From Sandaracinus sp. (GTDB lineage: Bacteria > Myxococcota_A > Polyangia > Polyangiales > Houyiibacteriaceae): a stretch of DNA of 64,000 bases. Of this stretch, positions 48,645-57,872 are shown piece after piece (the stretch's first letter is position 1; each line of letters begins with the position of its first letter). Made by a program: the position numbers and the translations under genes. Location: positions 27,680 to 91,679 of the forward strand of contig JACKEH010000009.1 in assembly GCA_020633125.1 (NCBI GenBank), written 5' to 3'. The notes under the pieces are model-generated. The model ran no database searches and was not told the origin of the DNA. It worked only from the letters and a program-made list of their open reading frames with translations.

Positions 48645-49415
48645 GTGGAGCTGCGCCCCCGCAAATCCTACGACGGCGTGACCTCGACCCCGACCGCCAC
48701 CGCCGCTTCGCCCGAGCACCCGCCCGCCGATCGCGGCGCTTCCGAAAAAATCGGTCCGCTTCGTGCCATCGGTTGGCTCTTCGCCTTCGGGCTGCTCGCC
48801 GCCGGTCTGCTGGTCGGCGCCTTGCTCTATCGGCTGCTCGCGCCTCCCCCCGAGGCCCCCGCGACGGTCGAGACGGTCCGTTCGGGCGCCGCGACCGTGA
48901 CCGCGATTCGCGACCTCGCGCGGCTCCAAACCGCGACCTTCCACATGGAGCGGGTGATCGACCTGCAGCAGCGGCAGCAGGCGCTCTTCGGTTTGGTCGA
49001 GGTGCAGGACGCGATCTTGCTCGTGGCCGCGGCCGAGGTGTCGGCGGGCGTCGACCTCACGCAGATGCGCGACGGCGACGTGACGATCGATCCGGACGCG
49101 CACCGCGCGACGATCGTGCTGCCGGCCCCCGAGATCTTCGACGCACGCCTCGACAACGAGCGCACCTACGTGCACACGCGGCAGACCGACACGCTCGCCC
49201 GGCGCAGCGACACGCTCGAGACGCGTGCGCGACGCGCCGCGGAGGACGACCTCGAGCGTGCCGCCGTCGATGCGGGCATCCTCGAGCGTGCCCGAGAAAA
49301 CGCTCGCGCGGCGATCACGACGCTGGTCCGTGCGCTCGGCTACGACGAGGTCGAGGTGCGCTTCGCCGACCAACCGGCGACGAACGACACCATCGCGCCC
49401 GCCGCGCGCGACTGA
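48645..49415 (+). CDS. DUF4230-like membrane-anchored protein
   Basis: One TM helix (IGWLFAFGLLAAGLLVGALLY). Then VTAIRDLARLQTATFHMERVIDL...VSAGVDLTQM...IVLPAPEIFDARLD, typical of DUF4230 as I recall it. The start is uncertain. Confidence 0.65.
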   Translation: MELRPRKSYDGVTSTPTATAASPEHPPADRGASEKIGPLRAIGWLFAFGLLAAGLLVGALLYRLLAPPPEAPATVETVRSGAATVTAIRDLARLQTATFHMERVIDLQQRQQALFGLVEVQDAILLVAAAEVSAGVDLTQMRDGDVTIDPDAHRATIVLPAPEIFDARLDNERTYVHTRQTDTLARRSDTLETRARRAAEDDLERAAVDAGILERARENARAAITTLVRALGYDEVEVRFADQPATNDTIAPAARD

Positions 49416-49462
49416 CGCGCCTTTCCGCTCGACGACGATGTCGACGACGATGCGGCCCGCGT

Positions 49463-50290
49463 TCAGCGGCCGCGCGCGTGCTCCGCGATGAACTCTCGGC
49501 TCACGCCGCTCGCGTCGATGAAGTCACGCAGCGAGTCGTCGAGTTGGTCGATCACTTCCGCCGGCGGACCGCTCACGATCACTTCTCCGAAGTGCATGAA
49601 CGTGAGCTGGTCGGCGATCCGAAAGACCGACGCCATGTCGTGGCTGATCACGATCGAGGTCACGCCGAACTTCGATTCCGTCTCCGCGATCAGCTCGTCG
49701 ACGGTGCGCACCGTGAGCGGATCGAGCCCCGTGGTGGGCTCGTCGTAGATCAACACGTCCGTCTCGAGCACGACGGCGCGCGCCACCGCCACGCGACGCT
49801 GCATGCCGCCGGAGAGCTCGGCCGGCCATTTGTTCGCCGCGCGCGCGATGCCGAGCCCGTCGAGCCGCTCCATCACGCGATCGCGAATCTCTTTGCGGGA
49901 GAGCTTCGTGTGCTCGCGCAGCGGGAACGCGACGTTGTCGAAGACGGTCATCGAGTCGAAGAGCGCCGACATCTGAAAGACCATGCCCATGCCGCGCCGA
50001 CGTCGCTCGAGCGCCATGCCTTCGAGGCCGGCGTAGTCGACGCCGTCGACGAGGACCTGGCCGGAGTCGGGCCTCTCGAGGCGAATGATCTGTCGCATCA
50101 ACACCGACTTGCCGGAGCCCGAAGGCCCGATGACGACGTTCGTGCGTTTGCGGAGGATGTCGAACGAGATGCCCTTGAGGACGTGGTGGTCCCCGTAGGT
50201 CTTGTGCAGGTCGCGCACCCGAATGTGAATCGGGTCGTCCTTGGCCCCTTCGGGCGACCCTGCGTCCGCCTTCGCCGCGAAGACCCGCAT
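49463..50290 (-). CDS. mlaF: MlaF-like ABC transporter ATP-binding protein
   Basis: GPSGSGKSVLMRQI, MVFQMSALFDSMTVFDNVAFPL, LSGGMQRRVAVARAV, LIYDEPTTGLDP and VISHD. ATG 50290 shares one nt with the mlaE stop. Confidence 0.9.
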   Translation of the reverse strand: MRVFAAKADAGSPEGAKDDPIHIRVRDLHKTYGDHHVLKGISFDILRKRTNVVIGPSGSGKSVLMRQIIRLERPDSGQVLVDGVDYAGLEGMALERRRRGMGMVFQMSALFDSMTVFDNVAFPLREHTKLSRKEIRDRVMERLDGLGIARAANKWPAELSGGMQRRVAVARAVVLETDVLIYDEPTTGLDPLTVRTVDELIAETESKFGVTSIVISHDMASVFRIADQLTFMHFGEVIVSGPPAEVIDQLDDSLRDFIDASGVSREFIAEHARGR

Positions 50291-51141
50291 CAGAAGAGGC
50301 CCTGCCCGAGGATGATCGCGGTCACGAGGTAATCGAGCGCGAGAATCGCGATGGCGTTGTGCACGACGCTGCGGTTGGTCGCGCGGCCCACGCCCGCCGC
50401 GCCGCCCGTGGCGTAGAAGCCTTGGCGACACGCGATGAGCGAGATGGTTCCGCCGAAGATGCCGGCCTTGATGAGGCCCTGAAGCACGTCGGGCCAATCC
50501 ACCAGCCACTGCATCCGACCGAGGAAGATGCCCGGATCGATGCTGAGCATGTGCACGCAGACGAGGTACGCGCCGGTCATGCCCACGACGTTGAAGAGCA
50601 ACGTGAGGATCGGCGCCGCGATCACCCCCGCCAGGATGCGTGGCACCACCAGGTACTGGACCGGGTTCACCGCGAGCACGACGAGCGCGTTGATCTGATC
50701 GCTCACCCGCATCGAGCCGAGCTCGGTGGTCATCGCGCTGCCGGCGCGCGACGAGATCATCAACGCGGTGAACACGGGGCCCATCTCGCGCGCCATCGCG
50801 ATGCCCACGACCGCACCGGTTTGGTTCTCGGCCCCGAACTGGCGGAAGCCGTCGACCAGCTGAAGCCCGAGCACGGCGCCGATGAAGAAGCCCGTGAGGC
50901 TGACGAGGAAGACCGAGCCGACGCCGATGAACTCCAGCTGCTCGACGAGAAGGCGCACGCGGTAGGGCGGGCGCACCATCCAGAAGAACGCCTCGAAGAG
51001 CATTCGCGCGAGCATTCCGATCTCGGCGACGGGCGCGAGGACGAAGTTGCCGACCTTCTCTCCGAGCTCCTTCCAGCTCGTCTCCGGCTCGGCCACGGCA
51101 GGCGCGGGCGCGGGATCGGTCGGCGCGGCGTTGGAGCTCAC
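50290..51141 (-). CDS. mlaE: MlaE-like ABC transporter permease
   Basis: LEFIGVGSVFLVSLTGFFIGAVLGLQ, AMAREMGPVFTALMISSRAGSAMTTELGSMRVSDQINAL and ACRQGFYATGGAAGVG. Start set at GTG 51141, with ATG 51300 as an alternative. The rest of ORF 50290..52977 is a shadow ORF. Confidence 0.85.
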   Translation of the reverse strand: MSSNAAPTDPAPAPAVAEPETSWKELGEKVGNFVLAPVAEIGMLARMLFEAFFWMVRPPYRVRLLVEQLEFIGVGSVFLVSLTGFFIGAVLGLQLVDGFRQFGAENQTGAVVGIAMAREMGPVFTALMISSRAGSAMTTELGSMRVSDQINALVVLAVNPVQYLVVPRILAGVIAAPILTLLFNVVGMTGAYLVCVHMLSIDPGIFLGRMQWLVDWPDVLQGLIKAGIFGGTISLIACRQGFYATGGAAGVGRATNRSVVHNAIAILALDYLVTAIILGQGLF

Positions 51142-51312
51142 GCCCGTCGGTATAGCGGTTTTCCGCGCCACTGCGCCGACTTCTCGGTGCCCCGCCCCGT
51201 GTCCGCCACCTCCCGCGAGCCGGCTTCGCCCGAAGCCCACGCGCGTGGTGCGTTCCGGAGCCCGGCTCCCCGCCTTGCGTGAGGCCGTGGGAGGTTCCAT
51301 GACCCCGCCCCC

Positions 51313-52938
51313 ATGGACCCCGTCGCCCTCGCCGACGCCCGCGAGCCGCTCTGGTATTACGGTGTGACCCCGCTGGTCGCGCTCGCGGCACTCGTGCTCA
51401 CCGCCCGGCTCCGGGCCCCGCAATGGCGCCGCCTCCCCGACGCAGTTCGCGCGTTGCGCGGCTCGGGCGAGGGACTGACGCCCCTGCCTTCGCTCGGTTT
51501 GTCCGCCGTCGGCACCTTCGGCGCCGCGAGCGCCGTCGGCGCGTTCACCGCGGTCAGCCTCGGCGGCGCGGGCACGCTCCCGTGGCTCTGGCTCTTCGGC
51601 ATTCTGCTCGCGCCCCTCCCCTACGCGGAGATCTGGCTCGCGCGCACCGACGCCCCGGGCAAGGCCGGCGACGAAGGTCAGACCGGCTCCCTCGCGCGAC
51701 GTCTCTACCGCATGGGCGAGCGTTGGCGCCCGGTGGGCGCGTTGCTCGCGCTGCTCGTGATCGTCGCCGCGTTCGCGTTCGGCGGAGGCGCGAACGCCGA
51801 CGCCCTGGCCCGCGCGACCGGCACCATTCTTCCCGGCAGCACGTTGGCCCTCGTGGCGGGCGCGGCGGTCCTCGGCGGCCTGCTCGCGGTCGGTGGCACG
51901 CGCACCCTTCCCCTCGCGGGATGGTTGGGCTTGGTCGGCCTCGGGACGTTGCTGGTGGCGGCCCTCTGGGCGCTCGCCTCGAACCCCGGCGGTTGCTTCG
52001 GCACCCTCGGCGCCGCGTTCACCGACGCGTTCGAAGGCGCGGCCCAACGCGACCATTGGACGGGCGCGCTCGCCGGCGAGATCGCCCGCAGCACGACGAC
52101 GGCGCTCTTTCTTCCCCTCGCCGCCCCGACCGGCGCGACCGGCGCGGTGCACGCCATGGGCTCGCACAAGACCCGCGACCAAGCCGCGCTCTCCATCTTC
52201 GGCAGCTTCGCGACCGTGATCGTCGCCACGCTCCTCGTCATGGTCGGAGTCGGCACGGGCGCGCTCGGCGACCGCACCGCGTCGCGCCGCGCGCTCCTCG
52301 ACGACGTCCGCATTCACCGCATGCCCGCCGAATCGGCGAGCCAACGCGCGGAAGAAGAGCGTCTCTACAGCGGCATGGAGCGCATCCTCGACGGCGCCTC
52401 CCGCAACCCGACGCTCTCGGTCGCGACCGCGCGTGGCATGGTCCACGAGCCCCGCTTCCTTCGGGTGCAGGGCGGCGAAGAAGGCCCGGCGGACGTCGCG
52501 ATTCGCGTGGTCTCGGGTCGCCCCGATCGCGTGATGATCCCGGGCCGTTTCGGCGCGCTCCACGAAGCGGATCCGGGCATCCTGCGCGAAATCTACCTCG
52601 AGGGTGAGATGGTCCCCGACGGTCCCACGCTCGTCGCGGCCTCGCTGGAAAAGGCCCACGACTTCGTGCCGCGCCTCGCGCTCGCGGCCCTGCTCGCGCT
52701 CGCCGCCGCCGGTTTCGCGGCGTGGGGCGCCAGTGCGGCGCGCGCGCTCTCGCCTCGGGTCCCGCCGGCCGGCGCCGCCGCCGTGGCCGCGCTCCCGGCG
52801 CTCGGTGCGCTCTTGGTGGCCCTGGACGTCGCCCCGTGGATCTCGCCGCTCGGGGGGTTGGCGGCGGGCGCTTCGGTCTTGGTGACGACGTTGGTGCTGC
52901 TCGCGCGCAGCGGCGAGGTCGCCAAGCTCGACAGCTGA
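51313..52938 (+). CDS. polytopic membrane protein, distantly alanine/sodium symporter (AGCS)-like
   Basis: At least 10 hydrophobic helices. SAVGTFGAASAVGAFTAVSLGGAGTLPWLWLFGILLAPLPYAEIWLA parallels the AGCS N-terminal signature, and AAPTGATGAVHAMGSHKTRDQAALSIFGSFATVIVATLL parallels the AGCS central region. The match is weak and by eye only. Confidence 0.5.
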   Translation: MDPVALADAREPLWYYGVTPLVALAALVLTARLRAPQWRRLPDAVRALRGSGEGLTPLPSLGLSAVGTFGAASAVGAFTAVSLGGAGTLPWLWLFGILLAPLPYAEIWLARTDAPGKAGDEGQTGSLARRLYRMGERWRPVGALLALLVIVAAFAFGGGANADALARATGTILPGSTLALVAGAAVLGGLLAVGGTRTLPLAGWLGLVGLGTLLVAALWALASNPGGCFGTLGAAFTDAFEGAAQRDHWTGALAGEIARSTTTALFLPLAAPTGATGAVHAMGSHKTRDQAALSIFGSFATVIVATLLVMVGVGTGALGDRTASRRALLDDVRIHRMPAESASQRAEEERLYSGMERILDGASRNPTLSVATARGMVHEPRFLRVQGGEEGPADVAIRVVSGRPDRVMIPGRFGALHEADPGILREIYLEGEMVPDGPTLVAASLEKAHDFVPRLALAALLALAAAGFAAWGASAARALSPRVPPAGAAAVAALPALGALLVALDVAPWISPLGGLAAGASVLVTTLVLLARSGEVAKLDS

Positions 52939-53054
52939 GCCTCGCCGAGCGACGCGTCGACGTCGCGGGCCACGCATGTTAGAAGCCGCCGCCGTGTGCG
53001 CCGGGGAGGCGCCAAGGCGACAGCTCGCGCGCTCGCGCGCCTCGAGGAAGAGCG

Positions 53055-53918
53055 ATGACGCAACGGACCGTCGGAGTGATCGGAGGCAGCGGCCTCTACG
53101 AGATGGAAGGCCTCGAGCGGGTGGAAGAGCACCGCGTCGAGACGACCTTCGGCACCCCGAGCGACGCCGTGATCTCCGGCTTTCTCGGCGAGACGCGTTT
53201 CCTCTTCCTCCCGCGCCACGGCCGGGGCCACCGCGTGCCCCCGCACCAGATCAACTACCGAGCGAACCTCCTCGCCCTCAAGCAGCTCGGGGCCGAGCAG
53301 GTCATCAGCGTCTCGGCGGTCGGCTCGATGAAGGAGTCGATCGCACCGGGCGACATGGTGATCGTCGACCAGTTCATCGACCGCACACGCAACCGCCCGA
53401 GCACCTTCTTCGAGGACGTCGGCGTGGTCGCGCACGTCGAGTTCGCCGACCCCGTCGACTCCGGGCTCGCCGAGGCCTTGTACCGCGCGACCGTCGAGGT
53501 CGGCGCGCGAGTGCACAAGGGCGGCACCTACGTGTGCATCGAGGGCCCGCAGTTCTCGACGCGTGCCGAGTCCCGCCTCTACCGGAGCTGGGGTGTCGAC
53601 GTCATCGGCATGACGAACCTGCCCGAAGCGCGCCTCGCGCGTGAAGCCGAGCTTCCCTACGCGACGGTGGCCCTCGCGACCGACTACGACTGCTGGCATC
53701 AGACCGAGGAGTCGGTGACCGTCGAAGCGGTGATGCAGGTAATGCGCAAGAACATCGCCACCGCGAAGGCCATCCTCCGCGCCGTCGCATCGAAGTTGCC
53801 CGATCCCACGACGAGCCCGGCGAGCAGCGCGCTCGCCCACGCCCTCATGACCTCGCGCGACCGCATCACGCCCGAAGCGCGCGCCAAGCTCGCGCCGCTG
53901 GCCGGCAAGTACCTGTAG
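53055..53918 (+). CDS. mtnP: S-methyl-5'-thioadenosine phosphorylase
   Basis: VGVIGGSGLY, FLPRHGRGHRVPPHQINYRANLLALKQLG, CIEGPQFSTRAES and GMTNLPEARLAREAELPYA. Confidence 0.92.
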   Translation: MTQRTVGVIGGSGLYEMEGLERVEEHRVETTFGTPSDAVISGFLGETRFLFLPRHGRGHRVPPHQINYRANLLALKQLGAEQVISVSAVGSMKESIAPGDMVIVDQFIDRTRNRPSTFFEDVGVVAHVEFADPVDSGLAEALYRATVEVGARVHKGGTYVCIEGPQFSTRAESRLYRSWGVDVIGMTNLPEARLAREAELPYATVALATDYDCWHQTEESVTVEAVMQVMRKNIATAKAILRAVASKLPDPTTSPASSALAHALMTSRDRITPEARAKLAPLAGKYL

Positions 53919-54090
53919 TTTCGGAGGGCGCTTCGGCGCCTCTCCATCGGGCGATGCCCGAGACCGTCCCCGGCTCGCCGCGGACGCTTCCCTTCTCGGG
54001 GTCGTTCCGACGCCCCCAACGACCTCTCTGGCGGCGTTCCTCGCGTCGCCTCCTCCGCCCCGCCCTCGCTTCGCACCAAGGAGCTTCCTG

Positions 54091-55002
54091 ATGTCCTCGA
54101 TGCTCGTCGTCGGATCCGTCGCCTTCGACACGCTCCACAACGCCCGCGGCAGCTTTCCGCGCGTGATCGGTGGCAGCGCCACCTACGCCTCGCTCGCAGG
54201 CTCCTTCTTCACCGAGGTCCAGCTGGTGGGCGTGGTCGGCAAAGACTTCCCCGACGATCTCGTGCAGACGATGCGCGGCCGAGGAATCGACTGCGACGGC
54301 CTCGAGGTCGCGGATGGCCCGACCTTCCACTGGGAAGGCCGCTACACGGACGATCTGACGTCGCGCACCTCGCTCAAGACCGAGCTCGGCGTCTTCGCGG
54401 ACTTCGATCCGAAGATCCCCGAGAAGTTCCGCAGCACGCCCTTCGTGATGCTCGGCAACATCGCGCCCGAGCTGCAGATCGCGGTGCTCGACCAGGTGAA
54501 GAGCCCGAAGCTCGTCGTGGCCGACACGATGAACTTCTGGATCGACGGCGCCCGCCCGGCCCTCGAGAAGCTCCTGAAGCGCGTCGACGTGCTCGTGATC
54601 AACGAGGAAGAGGCGCGCCAGCTCACCGGCAAGCACCACATGATCCAGGTCGCGGCGAAGCTGCTCGAGATGGGTCCCAAGACCGCCGTCATCAAGCAGG
54701 GCGAGTACGGCGCGTGGCTCTTCGCCGGTCAGCACGTCTTCAACGCCCCGGCGTTCCTCCTCGAGGCCGTCGATCCGACCGGCGCCGGCGACTCGTTCGC
54801 GGGCGGCTTCCTCGGCTACGTCGCCCGTGCGGGCAACCTCGAGCCCGAAACGCTCAAGCAAGCCGTCATCTACGGCTCGGCCGTCGCGTCCTTCTGCGTG
54901 GAGGGCATCGCGGTCGACCGCCTCCTCACGCTCACGCGCGAGGAAATCGTCAATCGCGTCCACGACTTCCGCAAGCTCGTGGACTTCCAGATCGGCCACT
55001 GA
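54091..55002 (+). CDS. PfkB-family carbohydrate/nucleoside kinase
   Basis: AAGGAG lies upstream. Ribokinase-like fold with DPTGAGDSFAGGFLGY (ATP/anion-hole motif) and VLVINEEEA. Confidence 0.88.
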   Translation: MSSMLVVGSVAFDTLHNARGSFPRVIGGSATYASLAGSFFTEVQLVGVVGKDFPDDLVQTMRGRGIDCDGLEVADGPTFHWEGRYTDDLTSRTSLKTELGVFADFDPKIPEKFRSTPFVMLGNIAPELQIAVLDQVKSPKLVVADTMNFWIDGARPALEKLLKRVDVLVINEEEARQLTGKHHMIQVAAKLLEMGPKTAVIKQGEYGAWLFAGQHVFNAPAFLLEAVDPTGAGDSFAGGFLGYVARAGNLEPETLKQAVIYGSAVASFCVEGIAVDRLLTLTREEIVNRVHDFRKLVDFQIGH

Positions 55003-55182
55003 GGCCTCCCTCGGCGTTGGTGCCGAGGCCGGAAACTGGCATAGTTCGGCGTCCTCGCCGCAGGTGGGGACCCTCCGACGTTCTCGGGTTGTGCCGTCGG
55101 AGCGGGCTTTCGAGCCCGAAAACAGGGTTGGAATGGTCGACGCTGTCGACGGGGAGCGGCCTTCGTGCCGCGAGGAGCGAAA

Positions 55183-56115
55183 ATGAAGCGAACTCAATGG
55201 CTTTGGTTGACGTTGTCCGTGGCGGGCGTCGCCTTCGCGGGGTGCGGAGACGACGACGGTACTCCGGTGGACTCCGGCACGGCGGACACCTCGATGGGCG
55301 GCGACGCCGGCGGGGATCCGGAGTGTGCGCTCGAGGGTCAGATGGGCGCGTGCTGCTACCGGCAGTCGAACGCGAGCCAGCTCTCGGCCCCCGAGCTCCG
55401 CATCGCGTACCTCCAGCTCACCGAGCCCGCGGTCCTCGCGTCGCCGATCATCGCGAACATCCTCAACGAAGCCCTGCGTGAAGAGCGCTTCAACTGGCTC
55501 ATCCGCCTCGAAGGCGCGGACGCCGACGGCGACGTGACGATCACGACCGGCTACGGCCGCCGCTCGGAGACCGCGACCTTCGCGTTCGCCATGGGCGACG
55601 CGGATCCCCCCGGCGCTGGCGACCGCTGGGACCCGCAGTCGATCGCCGGCACCCTCACGGGTGAGTCGGTCACGACCTCGTCGCTCACCGACGTCTTCAC
55701 CGTGCCGGTCCAGGACGACGACGGCTCGGTCATCCTCGAGCTCCCGCTCCGTGGCTTCCGCGTCGTCAACGCGACGATGAGCGAGGACCGCAGCTGCATC
55801 GGCCGCGGCATCACCGCCGTGCGCTTCGACGCGACCTCGGGCAGCGTCGAGACCTACATCACGGTCGAAGACGCCAAGATGGGCGAGGTCAACGCGGGCG
55901 GCATCACGGCGTCGCTCTGCAACATCCTCCGCGGCTCGCTCGCCGCCGGTCTCGACGACTGCGACAACGACCCGCGCTCCGAGTGGGCGACCCCGCCGAA
56001 CGCGACTTGCGACGACGCGGGCACCTGCACCCTCGGTGGCTGCACGGCCGAGACCTGCAACGCGTGGCAGGTGGTCGGCAACTTCGCCGCCCAGGGCGTC
56101 GACATCACGAACTGA
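55183..56115 (+). CDS. hypothetical lipoprotein
   Basis: GAGGAG lies upstream. Lipobox MKRTQWLWLTLSVAGVAFAGC. The C-terminal part is Cys-rich. No family recognised. Confidence 0.6.
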   Translation: MKRTQWLWLTLSVAGVAFAGCGDDDGTPVDSGTADTSMGGDAGGDPECALEGQMGACCYRQSNASQLSAPELRIAYLQLTEPAVLASPIIANILNEALREERFNWLIRLEGADADGDVTITTGYGRRSETATFAFAMGDADPPGAGDRWDPQSIAGTLTGESVTTSSLTDVFTVPVQDDDGSVILELPLRGFRVVNATMSEDRSCIGRGITAVRFDATSGSVETYITVEDAKMGEVNAGGITASLCNILRGSLAAGLDDCDNDPRSEWATPPNATCDDAGTCTLGGCTAETCNAWQVVGNFAAQGVDITN

Positions 56116-56146
56116 GTCGTCGAGCACGTCCGTGCTCCATGCTTCG

Positions 56147-56176
56147 AAAGAGCCCCGCCCCGGCGGGGCTTTTTCG
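56147..56176 (+). terminator. intrinsic terminator
   Basis: AAAGAGCCCCGCC-cc-GGCGGGGCTTTTT hairpin followed by CGTTCCGTCC. Confidence 0.7.
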
Positions 56177-56256
56177 TTCCGTCCGCCGTTGCACGGGCCG
56201 TTGCGGCCCATCGTCCGTCGTTGCGAACCGGAAAGGCGCCGAGTATCGATCTGCGA

Positions 56257-57747
56257 ATGCGTCACACGGCTCTCCTTTGCGCCCTCGCCCTGGCCTTCGG
56301 GTGCAAGTCGGCCCCCGTCGATTGCCGCGATCTCGGACTCGTCGAGGGCGAGCGCGACAACTGCGTCTGCCCCGAACCTCTGGTTCCCACGGACGATCGA
56401 ACGTCATGCGAGTGTCCTGCAGGGACGCTTCCCAGCGGCGAGACGTGCATCGTCGGCGACGGCGGCCCCTTCGACGCAGGCGCGGACGCGACGCCGCCCG
56501 CCGACGGGTGTGCGCCGGTGACGCTCTACGAAGACCGCGACGGCGACGGTCGCGGCAACCCCAGCTCGACGCGTACCGGCTGCCCCGGCCTCGCGGGATT
56601 CGTGGAGAACGCGAACGACTGCGACGACGCTTGTGAAGCGTGTGGGTCGGGGGTCGACGAGACCTGCGACAGCTTCGACAACGACTGCGACGGCTACGTC
56701 GACGAGGGAGTTCGCGACCTGGTTGCGGAGCCGGTCAACCTCACGCGATCGACCGACGGCGGCTTCGGCACCCTGGCGACGCATCGCATCGCCCTCCACG
56801 CCCTCACTGGCGGGGGCTGGCTCGCTCTCTACGTCGACGACTCGATTCCGGACGTGCTCTCGAGTGGCGTCGCGGTCGCTCAACGTCTCGACGTCGAGGG
56901 TCGCCCCGTCGGTTCGCCCACGCCGGTGATGGACACCCCGTCCGTAGAAGACACCTTCTTGACGACGACGACGACCGAGGACCGGATCCTCGTGGCATTC
57001 ACCTCTGGAGGAGCCGTGGCTGGTCGCGTGTACTCACGCGTCGACGGCTCGCCACTGACTCCCCCTCGAACGCTCGCCGAAGGCCCTGCGCAAAACCTTC
57101 GCGCGACCGCCTTGGGGGTGAGCTTCCTGCTCGTCTGGGAGCGTGACGACACCCTCGTCTACCAATGGCGACCATCGTTCTTGGGGGACGCCGTGGACGT
57201 AGCCACCGAGTTCCACCCGATGGCCACGAACCCGTACCTGCTGGCGTCCACCTGGACACACGACGAACGGGGCCGCACCACGTTGGTCTTCGTGGATGGA
57301 GGCCTTCGTGCTGCATCGTTCGCGAGTACGGTGGAGGCACCCGAGGTTCGGGAGATCACCCCACCGTGGGATCTGGGCGACCCAGACTTCGTAGATCTCG
57401 GGCCAGGAACCGAGAATCATTTTGCGATCGCCTCTGCGGGGACGATCGGATTCGCTCGGTTCGAATCCACGGGTCTCGCCAGCTCGACCGTCGAGACCGC
57501 CACGGCACTCTTCGGCAATCCACTGATGGTCGACACGGCGACGTTCTTCGCACGACGCGTCGGGGGAGACGGAGAGATCGGAGTGTTCTCGTACCAACGA
57601 ATGCCGGGAGGGTCGTGGCGACGAAGCCCGCTGGACCTCTCCGGAGGAACCCTCGGACCCGCCTACGCGGGCGGGTTGGTGCTGATGGGTCAGTTGCAGC
57701 CCGACGACTCCGAGGATGCCGTAGTCCGCGTTCTCGGATGCCCCTGA
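56257..57747 (+). CDS. lipoprotein with myxobacterial 'putative metal-binding motif' (DxDxDG / DNDCDG Cys-rich repeat)
   Basis: Lipobox MRHTALLCALALAFGC. YEDRDGDGRGNP..CPG...NDCDDACEACGSGVDETCDSFDNDCDGYVDEG is followed by a repetitive beta-rich C-terminal region. Confidence 0.65.
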   Translation: MRHTALLCALALAFGCKSAPVDCRDLGLVEGERDNCVCPEPLVPTDDRTSCECPAGTLPSGETCIVGDGGPFDAGADATPPADGCAPVTLYEDRDGDGRGNPSSTRTGCPGLAGFVENANDCDDACEACGSGVDETCDSFDNDCDGYVDEGVRDLVAEPVNLTRSTDGGFGTLATHRIALHALTGGGWLALYVDDSIPDVLSSGVAVAQRLDVEGRPVGSPTPVMDTPSVEDTFLTTTTTEDRILVAFTSGGAVAGRVYSRVDGSPLTPPRTLAEGPAQNLRATALGVSFLLVWERDDTLVYQWRPSFLGDAVDVATEFHPMATNPYLLASTWTHDERGRTTLVFVDGGLRAASFASTVEAPEVREITPPWDLGDPDFVDLGPGTENHFAIASAGTIGFARFESTGLASSTVETATALFGNPLMVDTATFFARRVGGDGEIGVFSYQRMPGGSWRRSPLDLSGGTLGPAYAGGLVLMGQLQPDDSEDAVVRVLGCP

Positions 57748-57872
57748 CATCCGCTTCGCGCGACCTCTTGCTGCCCGACTGACGCTGTTCGCAAGCAGGT
57801 AATACCTGTAGGCTGTGCAACGTTGCGGCACCCGTGCGGGGTGCTGGGGTGTGCTTGCCTGGGAGCGGGATC

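Noticed and set aside
51142-52977. N-terminal ~600-aa extension of the MlaE ORF (ORF 50290..52977).
   Set aside because: The extension is Arg/Gly/Glu-rich shadow sequence that overlaps the plus-strand polytopic membrane gene 51313..52938. MlaE homology begins only near residue 620 of the ORF.
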